A stretch of DNA of 55,639 nt, counting the filler, from Squatina squatina (Eukaryota), in NCBI GenBank assembly GCA_031763465.1. It is 3 parts of 3 records of this genome, joined end to end, with 100 filler letters (N's around TTAATTAATTAA, not from the genome) between each part and the next. Parts side by side here need not be neighbours in the genome. Positions count along the whole stretch, not along the records: positions 28,651 to 55,639 come from JARFOE010000016.1; 2 more parts are not named here. One strand, written 5' to 3'. The position numbers and the translations under genes were made by a program. Position 1 is the first letter of the stretch. Every line of letters begins with the position of its first letter. The notes under the pieces are model-generated. The model did no database searches, was not told the origin of the DNA, and saw only the letters and a list, made by a program, of their open reading frames with translations. Below are positions 33,056 through 46,500 of the stretch, piece after piece.

Positions 33056-36000
33056 GGTTCTAAACAATTTGCTTCCAGGATGTTGCCTCATTTGTTGAGT
33101 AGCTGGACTCTAGAACATGCTCAGAACCGCTCCACATTGACTTCTCCTAATTTTACATCACTNNNNNNNNNNNNNNNNNNNNNNNNNNNNNNNNNNNNNN
33201 NNNNNNNNNNNNNNNNNNNNNNNNNNNNNNNNNNNNNNNNNNNNNNNNNNNNNNNNNNNNNNATCATGAAAGGTTTGCAATTATTACATTGAAATCCTGG
33301 TGAATTTTTATAATCTTAATCTACAAAATAGAACAAACTCCAGCCTCAAGTCAAAACCATCATCGTAATACAAGATATGCTATAATTAAATGTAGTCATG
33401 GTATACTATCAGTTCTACTTATTTGAATGGGGCAAATGACAGATGACTTCACAAAACTGAAAGCATGGATTATTAGAGATTTAAAAATTCCCCATAAAAT
33501 ATGAGCTAACTGAATGAGAAATCTTTTGTTGTGAATATTCAACATACCAATACTCTTAAACCACCTGCTACAATGCCTTAATCCTTTTTTGGCTGAAGCA
33601 ATAACATAAGTACAATGAGAAAGCTGTTTGATAAAGTTTATTATAGAAACCAACAAAACAATGGTTTTACACTGCAATGAAATCAATGTGTACCAGTTTT
33701 TATTGAAAGCAGAGCTTTCACTTTCCTAAAATAGGTCACCAAAAATCAGATTCTGCATACACAAGTCTGATGAAGCATCACATCTTCAGCAACATCAGGT
33801 GGCCCAAGATTCTTAGTTATATCTGAGACTGAAAAATCCTGAAAGAGCTGCGTTCCTGTCAACACAGATGACCTACACCATATAATGGGAGGAATAAAGT
33901 CTAAATGGAAATCTAACAAAATATTTTTAGATCAAGAATAGTATTTTCAAACAGCAGAATATCCAAGGCAAAACAACATATCCTTAATATGGCACAAAGT
34001 AACATGTTTAAATAATTTCCAAACATAAGTCCTTCGACACAAATTCACAGTACAATAGGTGTAAGTTTCACACAGGTGCTTTACACAGTTGCCAAGAATT
34101 CTGCTGACGGCAGCTTTTTGAGTTACATCCATATGAAAGGCAATGCCAACTAATTCACCCAACTATCCATTCTTTTGTACATATGTCTGCTTTTAATGTA
34201 CCCTTTCATTAAACTTTTCCATATTTTTATATCTTAATTTATCTTTTTCAGTAACTATAAAACATTCCAAAATGTACACTTTTGATGTATATAAATGTTA
34301 AGCTTCATGTTTTGTGGTTCATTAAACTTTACAATGTAGTTTACAATTCCATAAATGTATCCTCATAAATTATCATTTTGATTGGCAACTGGTGTATGTA
34401 ACTAGTGTTTCACTCTCATTAAACGCTTGCATTTAAACTGTCAGCTTTTTGTGCATCACTGCCGTTGTGTTTCCAAAGATTGGTTGAAGTAATCAGGAGT
34501 TATTTTGTTATATCATAAAAAGGTACACATCTTTATGTATTCTTGTAGATTTACTTAAGTATAACAATGAAAAAGATCAGAAAAGAAACAAAGCTTACAC
34601 TAAACAGTAAGACTAACAAAAACTTGGGTGAACCTTTTCTCCAAACTGACTGAATTCCATAGCCAGATTGGAAATCAATAACTTTTAATGATGTTTTATA
34701 CTCTAACAGGAACTTAATGGAGTTCCTTACTCTGAATAGGATCAATCCATATTCATAAGTACAGTGGAGTTTATGAAAAGTATTTCAACTTCATGGGCTA
34801 TGTTCCAAATACTGACATAGAAGCACTGAGGGTTAAAGCTACCAGCAATCTCCCAAAAAGCATTAAAACAATTAGGTGGTCCAGCAGTGCAGCAGCAACC
34901 ACACACACAGTTCTTAAGTGGGCCACTCAAATCTGTCAGCCTTAATTGTGGGGAAATTCTCAGTCAAATTGTCATGCACAGCCATCACCCTCCCTGGGAC
35001 AGCCTCACCCTCAGCTGAGTGTTCCTCAGCAGGACTCGCGCACCAGGTCTCCCTCCAGATACATGGTCCCCGAGCTTCCCTTTCCCGCTGACCCAGCTGT
35101 AGCCCGCTAGGTCCCACTGCATCATGCAGTGCTAACCTTTCTCTAACATTCCATTGACCTAACCGTGAAGTACCTGTCTCTGAGCTGGTGCTAGTGAGTT
35201 AGAGTAGTGGTGATGATGCAAACAATCTACCCTCACCCTCCCCCCCTTCANNNNNNNNNNNNNNNNNNNNNNNNNNNNNNNNNNNNNNNNNNNNNNNNNN
35301 NNNNNNNNNNNNNNNNNNNNNNNNNNNNNNNNNNNNNNNNNNNNNNNNNNNNNNNNNNNNNNNNNNNNNNNNNNNNNNNNNNNNNNNNNNNNNNNNNNNN
35401 NNNNNNNNNNNNNNNNNNNNNNNNNNNNNNNNNNNNNNNNNNNNNNNNNNNNNNNNNNNNNNNNNNNNNNNNNNNNNNNNNNNNNNNNNNNNNNNNNNNN
35501 NNNNNNNNNNNNNNNNNNNNNNNNNNNNNNNNNNNNNNNNNNNNNNNNNNNNNNNNNNNNNNNNNNNNNNNNNNNNNNNNNNNNNNNNNNNNNNNNNNNN
35601 NNNNNNNNNNNNNNNNNNNNNNNNNNNNNNNNNNNNNNNNNNNNNNNNNNNNNNNNNNNNNNNNNNNNNNNNNNNNNNNNNNNNNNNNNNNNNNNNNNNN
35701 NNNNCAACCTAGGGCAAAGCACAGAGACTGGAGTTTAAACTGTGACAGCCATCATCTTTGATTGGAATAAAACATCAATGAACTAGAAGCTATCAAATTA
35801 GAATTAACTGACTTTATTATATATTTTAGAAATTTTACATGCAATTAGGAAAACCAAACAACTTCATGTGGGACACTAAATTATTGTCCACAAAATATTA
35901 GATACCTTGGGACATCTAAATTCAGAATTATATTTGGGACAGTCCCCTAAATACTTCATTATGTAATGTCAGATTAAAATTAGGAAATTTTAACTCATAG

Positions 36001-38312
36001 TACATTGCTTTGTACTGCATATTTTGTTAATGTAACTGCATTTTCTAACCTATGTTGTACAATTTTAGACAGTTGCTCGCAAGTTCAGAATCACCCTAAG
36101 CTTCACTTCTTACCACTACAAACAAGAGGGTTAATACTTTGCAGTACGACTGACATTACCGTCAAATTGCACAAGTATGTTCAAGCTGTGGGAACATTCT
36201 GCACATTTTGTATTAATTTTCAGAAATAACAATATTTCTTTATCAAGACGACTCAGATTTAACACTCTAATCACTGCCCTAGCATTTATCTATTAAAACT
36301 GATTCTTTATGTTTTCAGTTTCAGATAACCATACGAAAAGGAATGGTTTCATCCAACTGGGTTTTGCACTAATTTGAATTTATTAGGGATTAATCCTTTA
36401 AGTCCAGAGAGAAAGGATACTGGCTCCAAAACAAACCAGCATTCCCACTTTCAAAAGGAACATATTCTTCGAGAAATCACCCTGTCCTGTTGAAATCAAG
36501 TGAAGAAGTTTTACAAGTTATTGAGATTACATATCTGTGCAAGTGGCCTAACAGATTCAGTTCCCATAAAAACCTAAATGTGAATGAAGCCAGTGTCAAA
36601 AAAGACCTTTATAAATATTGNNNNNNNNNNNNNNNNNNNNNNNNNNNNNNNNNNNNNNNNNNNNNNNNNNNNNNNNNNNNNNNNNNNNNNNNNNNNNNNN
36701 NNNNNNNNNNNNNNNNNNNNNNNNNNNNNNNNNNNNNNNNNNNNNNNNNNNNNNNNNNNNNNNNNNNNNNNNNNNNNNNNNNNNNNNNNNNNNNNNNNNN
36801 NNNNNNNNNNNNNNNNNNNNNNNNNNNNNNNNNNNNNNNNNNNNNNNNNNNNNNNNNNNNNNNNNNNNNNNNNNNNNNNNNNNNNNNNNNNNNNNNNNNN
36901 NNNNNNNNNNNNNNNNNNNNNNNNNNNNNNNNNNNNNNNNNNNNNNNNNNNNNNNNNNNNNNNNNNNNNNNNNNNNNNNNNNNNNNNNNNNNNNNNNNNN
37001 NNNNNNNNNNNNNNNNNNNNNNNNNNNNNNNNNNNNNNNNNNNNNNNNNNNNNNNNNNNNNNNNNNNNNNNNNNNNNNNNNNNNNNNNNNNNNNNNNNNN
37101 NNNNNNNNNNNNNNNNNNNNNNNNNNNNNNNNNNNNNNNNNNNNNNNNNNNNNNNNNNNNNNNNNNNNNNNNNNNNNNNNNNNNNNNNNNNNNNNNNNNN
37201 NNNNNNNNNNNNNNNNNNNNNNNNNNNNNNNNNNNNNNNNNNNNNNNNNNNNNNNNNNNNNNNNNNNNNNNNNNNNNNNNNNNNNNNNNNNNNNNNNNNN
37301 NNNNNNNNNNNNNNNNNNNNNNNNNNNNNNNNNNNNNNNNNNNNNNNNNNNNNNNNNNNNNNNNNNNNNNNNNNNNNNNNNNNNNNNNNNNNNNNNNNNN
37401 NNNNNNNNNNNNNNNNNNNNNNNNNNNNNNNNNNNNNNNNNNNNNNNNNNNNNNNNNNNNNNNNNNNNNNNNNNNNNNNNNNNNNNNNNNNNNNNNNNNN
37501 NNNNNNNNNNNNNNNNNNNNNNNNNNNNNNNNNNNNNNNNNNNNNNNNNNNNNNNNNNNNNNNNNNNNNNNNNNAGGACACATACACGTGAGAGATTTTT
37601 GATACAGTTCTATAGTTATAAAAAGCAATGTACAAGAATTAAATGTGACACTGTATTGTATAGCTCCTACTATCAGTAGAACTGAAACAAAGTTAGATCA
37701 TGATATACAAGGCAGGGCCCAAATAACTATGTTTGAGTTCACTTGTGTTATGACTGTCCCTTTGATAGACAAGTGACCTAAACCTTTGCACCAGCACAAA
37801 CAATACCCAACAGCAATTTATCCTCCAATTGGATTATATGGTCAAATACATTTCTTTTTAATCTATAAAAGAAACACCTTTAAACCTGCCAGGAAACCAA
37901 ATGAAACCATTTCTGTCTTAAGAAAAGTACATGGTTTATTGTATCATGAGTCAACAAAAGGTATGAACAAATCAAAAGGTTGGACAGGTAGTTGCTGTTA
38001 TTTATTTCGGTTCTTTGGATTGCTATAGCAACTTACCAGTACATAGAAAAAAAATGAAGTGTGGCATGACTTATCTTCTAAGGCATGCTGGTACAACACA
38101 CACTTGGGTACTGTCTTGCTCATGTCAGCTAAACTAACATCTTTCCAAACATCATGCACAAATAGCTAAATTCAAGCAAACTGTGATTAGAGACTACGCA
38201 GGTTGCAGATTTACTGTTGTGTACACGCTTGTGTATGATATTTGGAATCCAGTTATTGTGATTAATAGCAGACTAGAAGAGTGGATGTAGGGATGCGCTT
38301 GAGGCAGAAGTC

Positions 38313-38426
38313 TCAGCCAAAGTTATGCAGTGCTAGCCTGAAGACATCGTTGGTGCAGACCCAAGCGTCATTGATGCTTTTCAGTAGAAATATCTGGTGA
38401 AATCCCATGACGAGATCATCATCAGC
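38313..38426 (-). CDS. NUTF2: Nuclear transport factor 2, last coding exon
   Basis: tttcag|[37 protein letters not shown] versus human [37 protein letters not shown]. Confidence 0.97.
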   Translation of the reverse strand, partial: ADDDLVMGFHQIFLLKSINDAWVCTNDVFRLALHNFG

Positions 38427-39000
38427 CTGAAAGGAAACAAAACAGGTTTAGGTTCTGAAAAAGCAAATGTTTCCTTTATTCTTTTCTACTTACACTTAGT
38501 GCGAACAGCTAAAATGGTTAGTGAAAACATTTTGAATATCCCAATTCATAAGCAAATTAAATATGTTGGTCCTCTGGAGTTCCTGGCAGAACCGACTAGA
38601 TAACACCAGAAACCCAGTTGCACAGCCTTTCTTCTGATTCTGGGATATGCCAGTTGGGGTTGTAAGGAAGCAGAACCTCTGCTACCCATTACCAGGGCAA
38701 AGGTGTCCCCATGCTGAGAGTTCCCAAGGCTACACGAGAAATGGCTGGTGGGAGGAGCAGCCTGAACTCTTAAATAGTTACCTGTTCTAAGATAAATTAT
38801 TGGATTGGTCCCCTTACATGAAGAACCAGGGCATGATAGGGTCTGGGCAATCCCACACCCACCATGGTAGGCAGGCACCAGAGACGTGGGAGCCCAAAGC
38901 CCCATATAAATTAGGAACTCGCCTGCTGACTCCACCAGGATTGTAGCCTGAAGAGTTTACAGCTACCTAGTCTATTTAAATCACGGATTAGTGAAAATCA

Positions 39001-39115
39001 CATAGAAACTTAGAAGATAGGAGCAGGAGAAGGCATTCGGCCCGTCAAGCCTGCTCCGCCATTCAAGGAGATCATGGCTGATCTTCCAAATTCAGTACCC
39101 TGTCCCTGCTGTCTC
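39001..39115 (-). mobile_element. CR1 LINE 3' terminus running into gap
   Basis: catagaaacttagaagataggagcaggag..cattcggccc..aagcctgctcc closely matches 11317-11430. Confidence 0.85.
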
Positions 39116-39515
39116 NNNNNNNNNNNNNNNNNNNNNNNNNNNNNNNNNNNNNNNNNNNNNNNNNNNNNNNNNNNNNNNNNNNNNNNNNNNNNNNNNNNNN
39201 NNNNNNNNNNNNNNNTAGACTATACTATGCAGTAAAAATAGAAGCACAGAAGTACATCTTATGGAAGGAAATAGGACAGTAACGGAGTGTTGTAACTGAA
39301 AAAACCTGCTATGGAATGAGGATTGACTTTAAAATAAATTCATGAATTAAAATCCTCTAATGCAGCAGTTATGAATCTTAATGACAATGTTACTCATTTT
39401 ACAAACATTTATGCAAAAGTGTTGTGAAAGTTTGTCAATTTTTTCTGAACCATGCCACATTGAAGAAAAAGAAAAATTATGACAAATAAGCAGATAGTAC
39501 TCAATTCATACTTAC

Positions 39516-39614
39516 ATATAATGATCCTAGTTGATTCCGGTCTGTGTCAAAAACTTGATAGTAATGTTGCACAAAGCCACTTCCAATCTGCTCCCAGAGA
39601 GGCTTCTCACCCAT
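39516..39614 (-). CDS. NUTF2: Nuclear transport factor 2, first coding exon
   Basis: [33 protein letters not shown]|gtaagt versus human [33 protein letters not shown]. Confidence 0.97.
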
Positions 39615-40892
39615 TCTGATCAATCAGCCACAGGCACTAAAAACAGGTCAGAATATAAGTACAGTATTCTAGTCATTTAAAATTATTCACGCCCCTTCCT
39701 GTTGCTATGCTTCCTTTTTTTAATCCAAGAGACCATGAAAACCATAGGCCACAGACTTTGACATTGCTGCCATTAATGCTATACAATAATGGCCTGGTAG
39801 ATTGGACTGGGGAACCAACCCCAACAGCTTTTCCTCCACATATGCATAATTTTTCATCCATCAACTGCTACAAATGGGGACAGGCAAGCTGAAATGGCAG
39901 TCAAGACTGGGATCTGAACAGGATTCTCTAACCTGAGAAGCTAAAGATTAATCCTTAGGTTAATGGGTTAATGCACCACCCTGAATTCAATATTCTGTTA
40001 AACTACAGAACAAATGTGGATTAAAAAAAGTCAAATTATTAAGATGTATACAAGAGAAAAATAAAATATATCTCTGCCTGGGATAAGCAAAGATGAAACA
40101 TGTATCTGGACCTAGGAGGCAATATTAAAATTTACTGACCAAGACAGGTTAGGGGAATGAGCAGATATAGGAACATAGGAATTGCTAGATGAAAAAAGAC
40201 CACAGTTCTACTAGTCTGCCTTCTACCATGCTGGTCATCGCGTGATACAATGATAATGGAGTTGTTGACTAATCATAGCAATTAGTCTACANNNNNNNNN
40301 NNNNNNNNNNNNNNNNNNNNNNNNNNNNNNNNNNNNNNNNNNNNNNNNNNNNNNNNNNNNNNNNNNNNNNNNNNNNNNNNNNNNNNNNNNNGAGTTTCAT
40401 GTGAGATTTAAGACTGAGGAAACTGATGTTTGTGGTGAACTCAAAGAACTGCTGGTGTAAATTGTGCATGGATATGTTGAGCTGCTTTTGTATTGATGTT
40501 GCCACATGAGAGTGATGCTTAGAAATCTCCAAGCACTATTTTCCCAGCAACCTGCTCTTGAGCCTCCGCCATTGCCGCTATATACAGAGGTATCCAAGTT
40601 GACTTGCTATTTGTCATTTTCCATCAGAGTGCTGAACTCTGAGTTGTTGATGTACGACTGTGTTGCCGCACTGAACTTGACTCATCGTTCAGAGGGCTAT
40701 TTGACAAGTGGTCTAATCGCATCTAAAAGTGCACAGACATGCATCAAGTGTCCCAGTGAGAAATGGTTGTTTCAACAAAGCTTAGCAAATATTTTAACCA
40801 GATACAACTTGATTGACCGTTAACGAGATGTGACATTTACAGATTACTCTATGCTAATTTTATAGGTCTTGATTCTTTTTCTCTTTAAACAG

Positions 40893-41010
40893 TAGGTTAC
40901 GGAAAAGGACAAGTACTCCTAAAAAGCTGACTGACATCTCTGTGCAGCAGTCTCCAAGTATGGTTCTTCGCAGCCAAATGAAAGCAAAAGTCAGACATTC
41001 TCTGAGAAAC
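40893..41010 (+). CDS. CENPT: Centromere protein T, probable N-terminal-region exon
   Basis: Polypyrimidine-AG/GT-bounded open exon RLRKRTSTPKKLTDISVQQSPSMVLRSQMKAKVRHSLRN; upstream of the histone-fold exons on the same strand. Confidence 0.65.
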
Positions 41011-41180
41011 GTATGTAACAAGCCACTTTTCTGCTATTTCATCATAACTGAAGTTAATTTATTTTGATCTACTGTTGTGAAGGGTTTGGATACTTAACCA
41101 TTAAAGTATTTTGTAAAAGTTTTAATAATGTCTCCCCATGGGATATATAGTGTGTTGATACTCCAGTATAGTGAACTGTC

Positions 41181-41358
41181 AGTTTAGCTCAGTTACTAGC
41201 ACAGTCACCTACCTCTAAGTCAGAAGGTCATAAGCAGGTAATCTGGACAGCCAGTTAAGTGCAGGAGGGCTGCATTTTTTTTGAGACATTAAACCAAGGC
41301 CTCATCTACCTATTCAGCTGGAGATGAAAGATCCTGTGGCACTAAATGACAAGAAGAT
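41181..41358 (+). mobile_element. tRNA-headed SINE (SacSINE1-like), 5' part, degenerate
   Basis: tagctcagtt..agcac..ctctaagtcagaaggt head followed by gagacattaaaccaaggcc..tgaaagatcc..tggcacta. Confidence 0.6.
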
Positions 41359-41910
41359 NNNNNNNNNNNNNNNNNNNNNNNNNNNNNNNNNNNNNNNNNN
41401 NNNNNNNNNNNNNNNNNNNNNNNNNNNNNNNNNNNNNNNNNNNNNNNNNNNNNNNNNNTGTGCTGTGTGATTCTGACATTGTTGTAAACGGAAAGTTAAA
41501 TTTTTTTTTTTTTGGTTCCCTTCGGGCAGTTTGAGCATATTTAATTCCTGCAGTCACACCCGCCCACCCCCTCATTTGCATTTTATTTTTTGCATGCATT
41601 TTAATTTTGACCATAGTTTTGTTTGTGTTTTTTGCCCAGGAGATTGCATGGTTAAATGGTGGGTCAGTGGTGTACTTGGTAGCACTGTCTGAGTGGAGTG
41701 GCATTAATGAGCCTGATGTCCTTTTTATAAGTTCTGGCTCACAGAAGTGCAGCTTCTCTCAGCTGAGTATAGAATAAACTTGACAGTGCATTTGGAGAAG
41801 TGTATGGTCCAGACTGTAACATATACCTAACTGGAGGTGGAAATGTGGCAATAGCATTTCAAGCAAAAAACGACTATAACATAATCCATATGGTTGTATA
41901 TTTGTTGCAG

Positions 41911-42038
41911 TTTAATTAATCCTGACTTTGAAGAGTCCAAAACAAAACCAATTCTTTCTAGAAGACCTGCAAAACGCAAAGTCATAAATGAGGATCTCTT
42001 TGAAGAGGGAGTGCACAACTATCTGGAACAATATAAAG
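41911..42038 (+). CDS. CENPT: Centromere protein T, internal exon
   Basis: AG/GT-bounded LINPDFEESKTKPILSRRPAKRKVINEDLFEEGVHNYLEQYK, resembling the CENP-T RRP..R.V....F motif. Confidence 0.7.
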
Positions 42039-43156
42039 GTATAAACTTGCTTACTTTTTTCTTGAGCTTGATATAGTTTTTTGACCTATCACTTTGCAGC
42101 TGCTTTAAAGCATGAATGGCCTATAGTGACTTGCCACCCAGTTTTGGTTTTGCCTCTCCACATTTGACAAATGAATAGTTGTCAGCATGTTGTAAGGTAC
42201 AATGGATATTAATGGGAAAGGCATATAGTCTAATCTGAGCAATGCACAGCGTTTTGTTTTGCATATGTGTGTAAAATGTCAATAAGTGAACATAGTCTCT
42301 AATTATAAACTATATAACGACAACAAATATTTGGTTAGAGTTGGGTTTAAATTTGCTTTGATCACAGATCAAATTTAGAAAATTGGGGAAAGCTGCATAG
42401 GCTAATAGGCTATCGTTGGAAATGGCTGGTTTCTGCAAGGTACTACATTGAGTATGGGGCTGAGAATTGTGTTGCTTCTGCGCACAAATTCTGCTTTACT
42501 TTGCAGTGCATCCAGTGGTGATATGTTANNNNNNNNNNNNNNNNNNNNNNNNNNNNNNNNNNNNNNNNNNNNNNNNNNNNNNNNNNNNNNNNNNNNNNNN
42601 NNNNNNNNNNNNNNNNNNNNNNNNNNNNACTGACAGGAGAAAACAGTCAAGTTTAATGCTGAATAGCTTCAGAAATATTCTGGTCAGTAAAGTGAATTTA
42701 GTCCTCTAACGGGGATAGTCTGGTATGCTTCTGTGTTAAAAGGGGCATTATGGAAAAGATTACAATTCACTGTATATTTTGTTTTTGTTAATGTTATGTG
42801 TAAAAGTAAACCAGCTTATTGGTTCACTAGAGTCTGACTTCTAGAAGGTAGGAGAAATGCATGTCAGGTAACTTGAGATTACACAATGAGGGGTTTCAGT
42901 GTTGGCACCCTTGGGTTATAGCTATCCTATGACTACATATTGGGCAGTAAAAGTTGAAGTCCTGGACNNNNNNNNNNACATGGTCTGTTCACAAATGTAA
43001 CCGGTGACTCTGAACCCAACTGAAACATCTGGTGCAGATCTGAAACACACTTTTGATTTTGAAATCTGGTTTCCAAGTACTAGATGGTTATAAATCTGTG
43101 AAATCAATGAATCAACTGCATGTACCAACATTAAATATTGTACCCATTTTCAACAG

Positions 43157-43312
43157 GGCACAAAAACCACTTGCGAAGGTGAAGCAAAATCCCAGAAAAA
43201 CACCGCAAAGACGAAAGAAAACAATTTTGCCAAGCAGCTTTGTAAAGTCTGTGTTTACCCACTATGCCAAAATGAAAGTGAAGAAGGAAGCATTTACAGC
43301 AGTTGAACAATG
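43157..43312 (+). CDS. CENPT: Centromere protein T, histone-fold exon
   Basis: AG/GT-bounded ..LPSSFVKSVFTHYAKMKVKKEAFTAVEQ(C); phase matches the next exon. Confidence 0.92.
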
Positions 43313-43459
43313 GTAAGTGGCAGTTTCATATGAATTAATACACCTTTTAAACATTTATCCTAAAAGCAATTTTTCATTATTGGAATATAGGCAAATAAGG
43401 TATTTCTTCTATATCTATTGTGAATATTACAAATGCTACTGAGCCCTTTTTTTTTGCAG

Positions 43460-43564
43460 CTTGGAGTTATATTTCAAACAGCTTTGTGATGATGTGGATG
43501 TTTACAGCAAACATGCTAAAAGAAAGACCATTGAAAAAGAAGACTTGGAACTTCTAATGAACAG
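43460..43564 (+). CDS. CENPT: Centromere protein T, histone-fold exon
   Basis: CLELYFKQLCDDVDVYSKHAKRKTIEKEDLELLMNR versus human CLDKYFQHLCDDLEVFAAHAGRKTVKPEDLELLMRR. Confidence 0.95.
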
Positions 43565-46500
43565 GTGAGGGTTCGAATGAAGTCACAATAAGCAGCAAGT
43601 CCACAAATCTCAGGATGTATTCAATACACTTTTAATCAGCAGTTGGCTCTGTTATTTTTCATTGGGTATGTCAGGGTGCTGGAGGATTGGGGAAGAGGTC
43701 ATATCATTGCTTGCAAAGACAATTAATTCGCCGGGGTTAGCAACATCCATCCTTTTNNNNNNNNNNNNNNNNNNNNNNNNNNNNNNNNNNNNNNNNNNNN
43801 NNNNNNNNNNNNNNNNNNNNNNNNNNNNNNNNNNNNNNNNNNNNNNNNNNNNNNNNCTCATACCAGTCCCTCAAAGTAGTCCTCATCCATTTCAGTTGGA
43901 ATATCTGACATCTGATCGAAAGACAGATCACCTGTTCAAATTAAAATCAAAAACAAGCCATCAGTTATGATTCAATATCTTAAAAAAATCCTTTTGGGGA
44001 AGGCAGACTGTGATAAAAATGAAGAATCTTTGTCTAAGATTTAGCTTGCTATTGGCTTGTTTAATTCTGCCATTGTATATAAGGGGTTGAAAACCAGCTT
44101 CAGTCAGAAAAATCATATCCTGATTAAATTTGATATATTGCTGCAATAATTAGTCAATATATCTGAAAACAAGTGTCTAGGGAGGAGTCAAGCCATTCAA
44201 TTCAACTACAAAATTCTGTGTGATTTATTCAAATATTTGTCCATGTTTAACAGACTGCTATTAAATTCATGTAGGATACTGGCCTCGCCACCACTTTGAA
44301 GGTTTTTACTAGCCTGATCTTTTCAAATCGCCGAGTTAGTCTTGAACCTCCAAAGACAGTTAAGTAAGTCAGATGACTTCTGTAGTTGCTGAAAAAAGGA
44401 TTTTAAAAAAACAGATAAAAAGATAATTATTACAGCATGGTTTTGCATAGAATTTGCAAACTATTTATGATTCTCTCTTTATAATGATGAGTTAGCTAAG
44501 TTCACCAACTACAGTAAAAAATCTATGTTGTGTTACTGCTGTTATCACATGTTCAATTACTGTTTAATAATTCTGTTTGGCGGATAAAATGAGGTCTATT
44601 GTAAAGTGTTGTTCTGCCACCTTCTGAAGGCAAAGAGAAGGCATGGGATAGAACCAATAGCTGAGATAATATGAGTAAAAAGTTCTGCAGTTCTGCATTA
44701 CCTGCATGCCAGGGTATCATTATTGAATGGCACAGCAGGCTCAAGGGGCTGTATGGCTTACTCTAGCTCTTATTTCTTATATTTGTAACTACAAAAAGTT
44801 AATTGGAAAAATTTTCTGACAAACATAGAAATAGAAAAGCAGTGGGAAACATTTAAAACAGTGATCAGAGCTACCCTCTGTAGTTATGGCTGATGATATC
44901 TGTATAGTTTTCTAGGTCATAAACTGAACACCAGCAATTAGGTCTATTTCTGTCTCCTTGCAAAAGCTGCAGAGTATGAAGGCCTCCTTGAAGGCAATGG
45001 GATTATAGCAAGAGGAACAGTAGCAACAGCTCAAAAAGCATGCAGACAAGAATTCATTGCCCTCTGCAAGACATAAGTGTGTCAGTCTGAAATGGTCAAC
45101 TTTTGACTGCCACTGCATTAAGTGTTCTGACTATATCTTCTCCTGCCATAATTTACAGACTTTCTCCGTGTTAGGAAAGCTCCTATTCCTGCCACCTGAT
45201 GAAAACAATTTCCAAACCTTGTCATCAAAAATATTTGCATGAACAACTTTAGTGTAATCATTTTAATGTAAATGCATACTGCGTGCACCTAGTGATTCTT
45301 ACCACCATGATTCCCATTGGTGCAGGTACTTGATGGCTGAGGTTTGCCCTGAATATTTTAATTAAGGTGACCTTGGAAATCATAGTGAGGAGGTCAGCCA
45401 ACTTCACATTGAGCAGACATGAATTGCATTCAACCCCACTTCTGGTTTGATTTTGCACCAGCTAAAATTTCTTGATGGGTTATAAAAAAAAGTAGTGATG
45501 GAACTAGTGACACGGTAGTTAAAACAATGTTTTTTCATCTCTGGAAACTGGGTTTGAATCCAGCCCAGATTGATGGGAGGAGTTGGTGTTGTGTACTATT
45601 TACCTGCCATTTTAGTTTTGAGCAGTTCAACTTCTGCATTTAGTTTGTCTTGTTGAAGAGTAATATGCTTGTTAACTTCTAACAGAGTGTTGTACTCCTG
45701 TTTCATCTGATAAAATTGTTTCTGGAAAATGTCATTCTAAAAGAATAAATACATTTGTAAATAAAGAGCTGATAAGACTAACATACCAGAATTCTTCATG
45801 CTCTTATGCACCAAGAAAGCAGAAAAATGAACTCTTTGAGGAATTACAGAATTCAAGAGAGGCATATTCATCCAAAACTTCTGAACGCTTGCTGCCGCAA
45901 AGGCTCTTTTCAAAGCATACATGAAGCTATTGATTTAGGAATGTAATTCCTAATAAATGTTCCATGCATTGAAGAATATGGCTGGACAATTCATTGTATT
46001 TTCTCAGTTTTTCATCTCTAACAGTGCCACTTGACACCATGCCATTTTTTTTTGTTAACACTGTAAATAAGAATTTCACCTTGAGCTAACAGTCTACAGG
46101 GCTTCATTCATTCTCTCTAACAATGTAAAATAGATTCCAAGCAACCATATACTCACTCTTCATCTATTGAATGCACTGTAGCAGTTTTCAACATGTTTAG
46201 GTTTTCCCTCACTAGGTTCTGCATTAGAAGGTTTTCTATCAAAAGGTTTCTCTATCCACATAGCATCTATCAAATATTCTCCCAAAGTTGTACTGTGTGG
46301 TTGTTATTTATCACTCTCTCCACTGCGTTTGAGGAGCAGAATGTGTGAAACATTATCGCGAAGCCTCAGACCTCGAGGTATGGGAGAGGAAGAGGCTGAA
46401 TTACAGAGTTAACAGCACAGAAATATATTATAAAGAAATATATTATCATTAAATTAGCAACTTTATTCAAAAAGGTGCCAAAAGGATGGCTGGTGAAAAC

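Noticed and set aside
35159-37679. Long ORFs of 184-370 aa
   Set aside because: They are artefacts of translating N runs.
40506-40589. MRVMLRNL.. as the first CENPT coding exon
   Set aside because: Only superficial similarity; weak donor (gtatcc), and the phase-0 end is incompatible with the phase-2 start of the exon at 40893.
46158-46250. Possible additional TSNAXIP1 exon ending in a gtgagt donor
   Set aside because: No good acceptor, upstream stops in all frames, and no recognisable TSNAXIP1 similarity.
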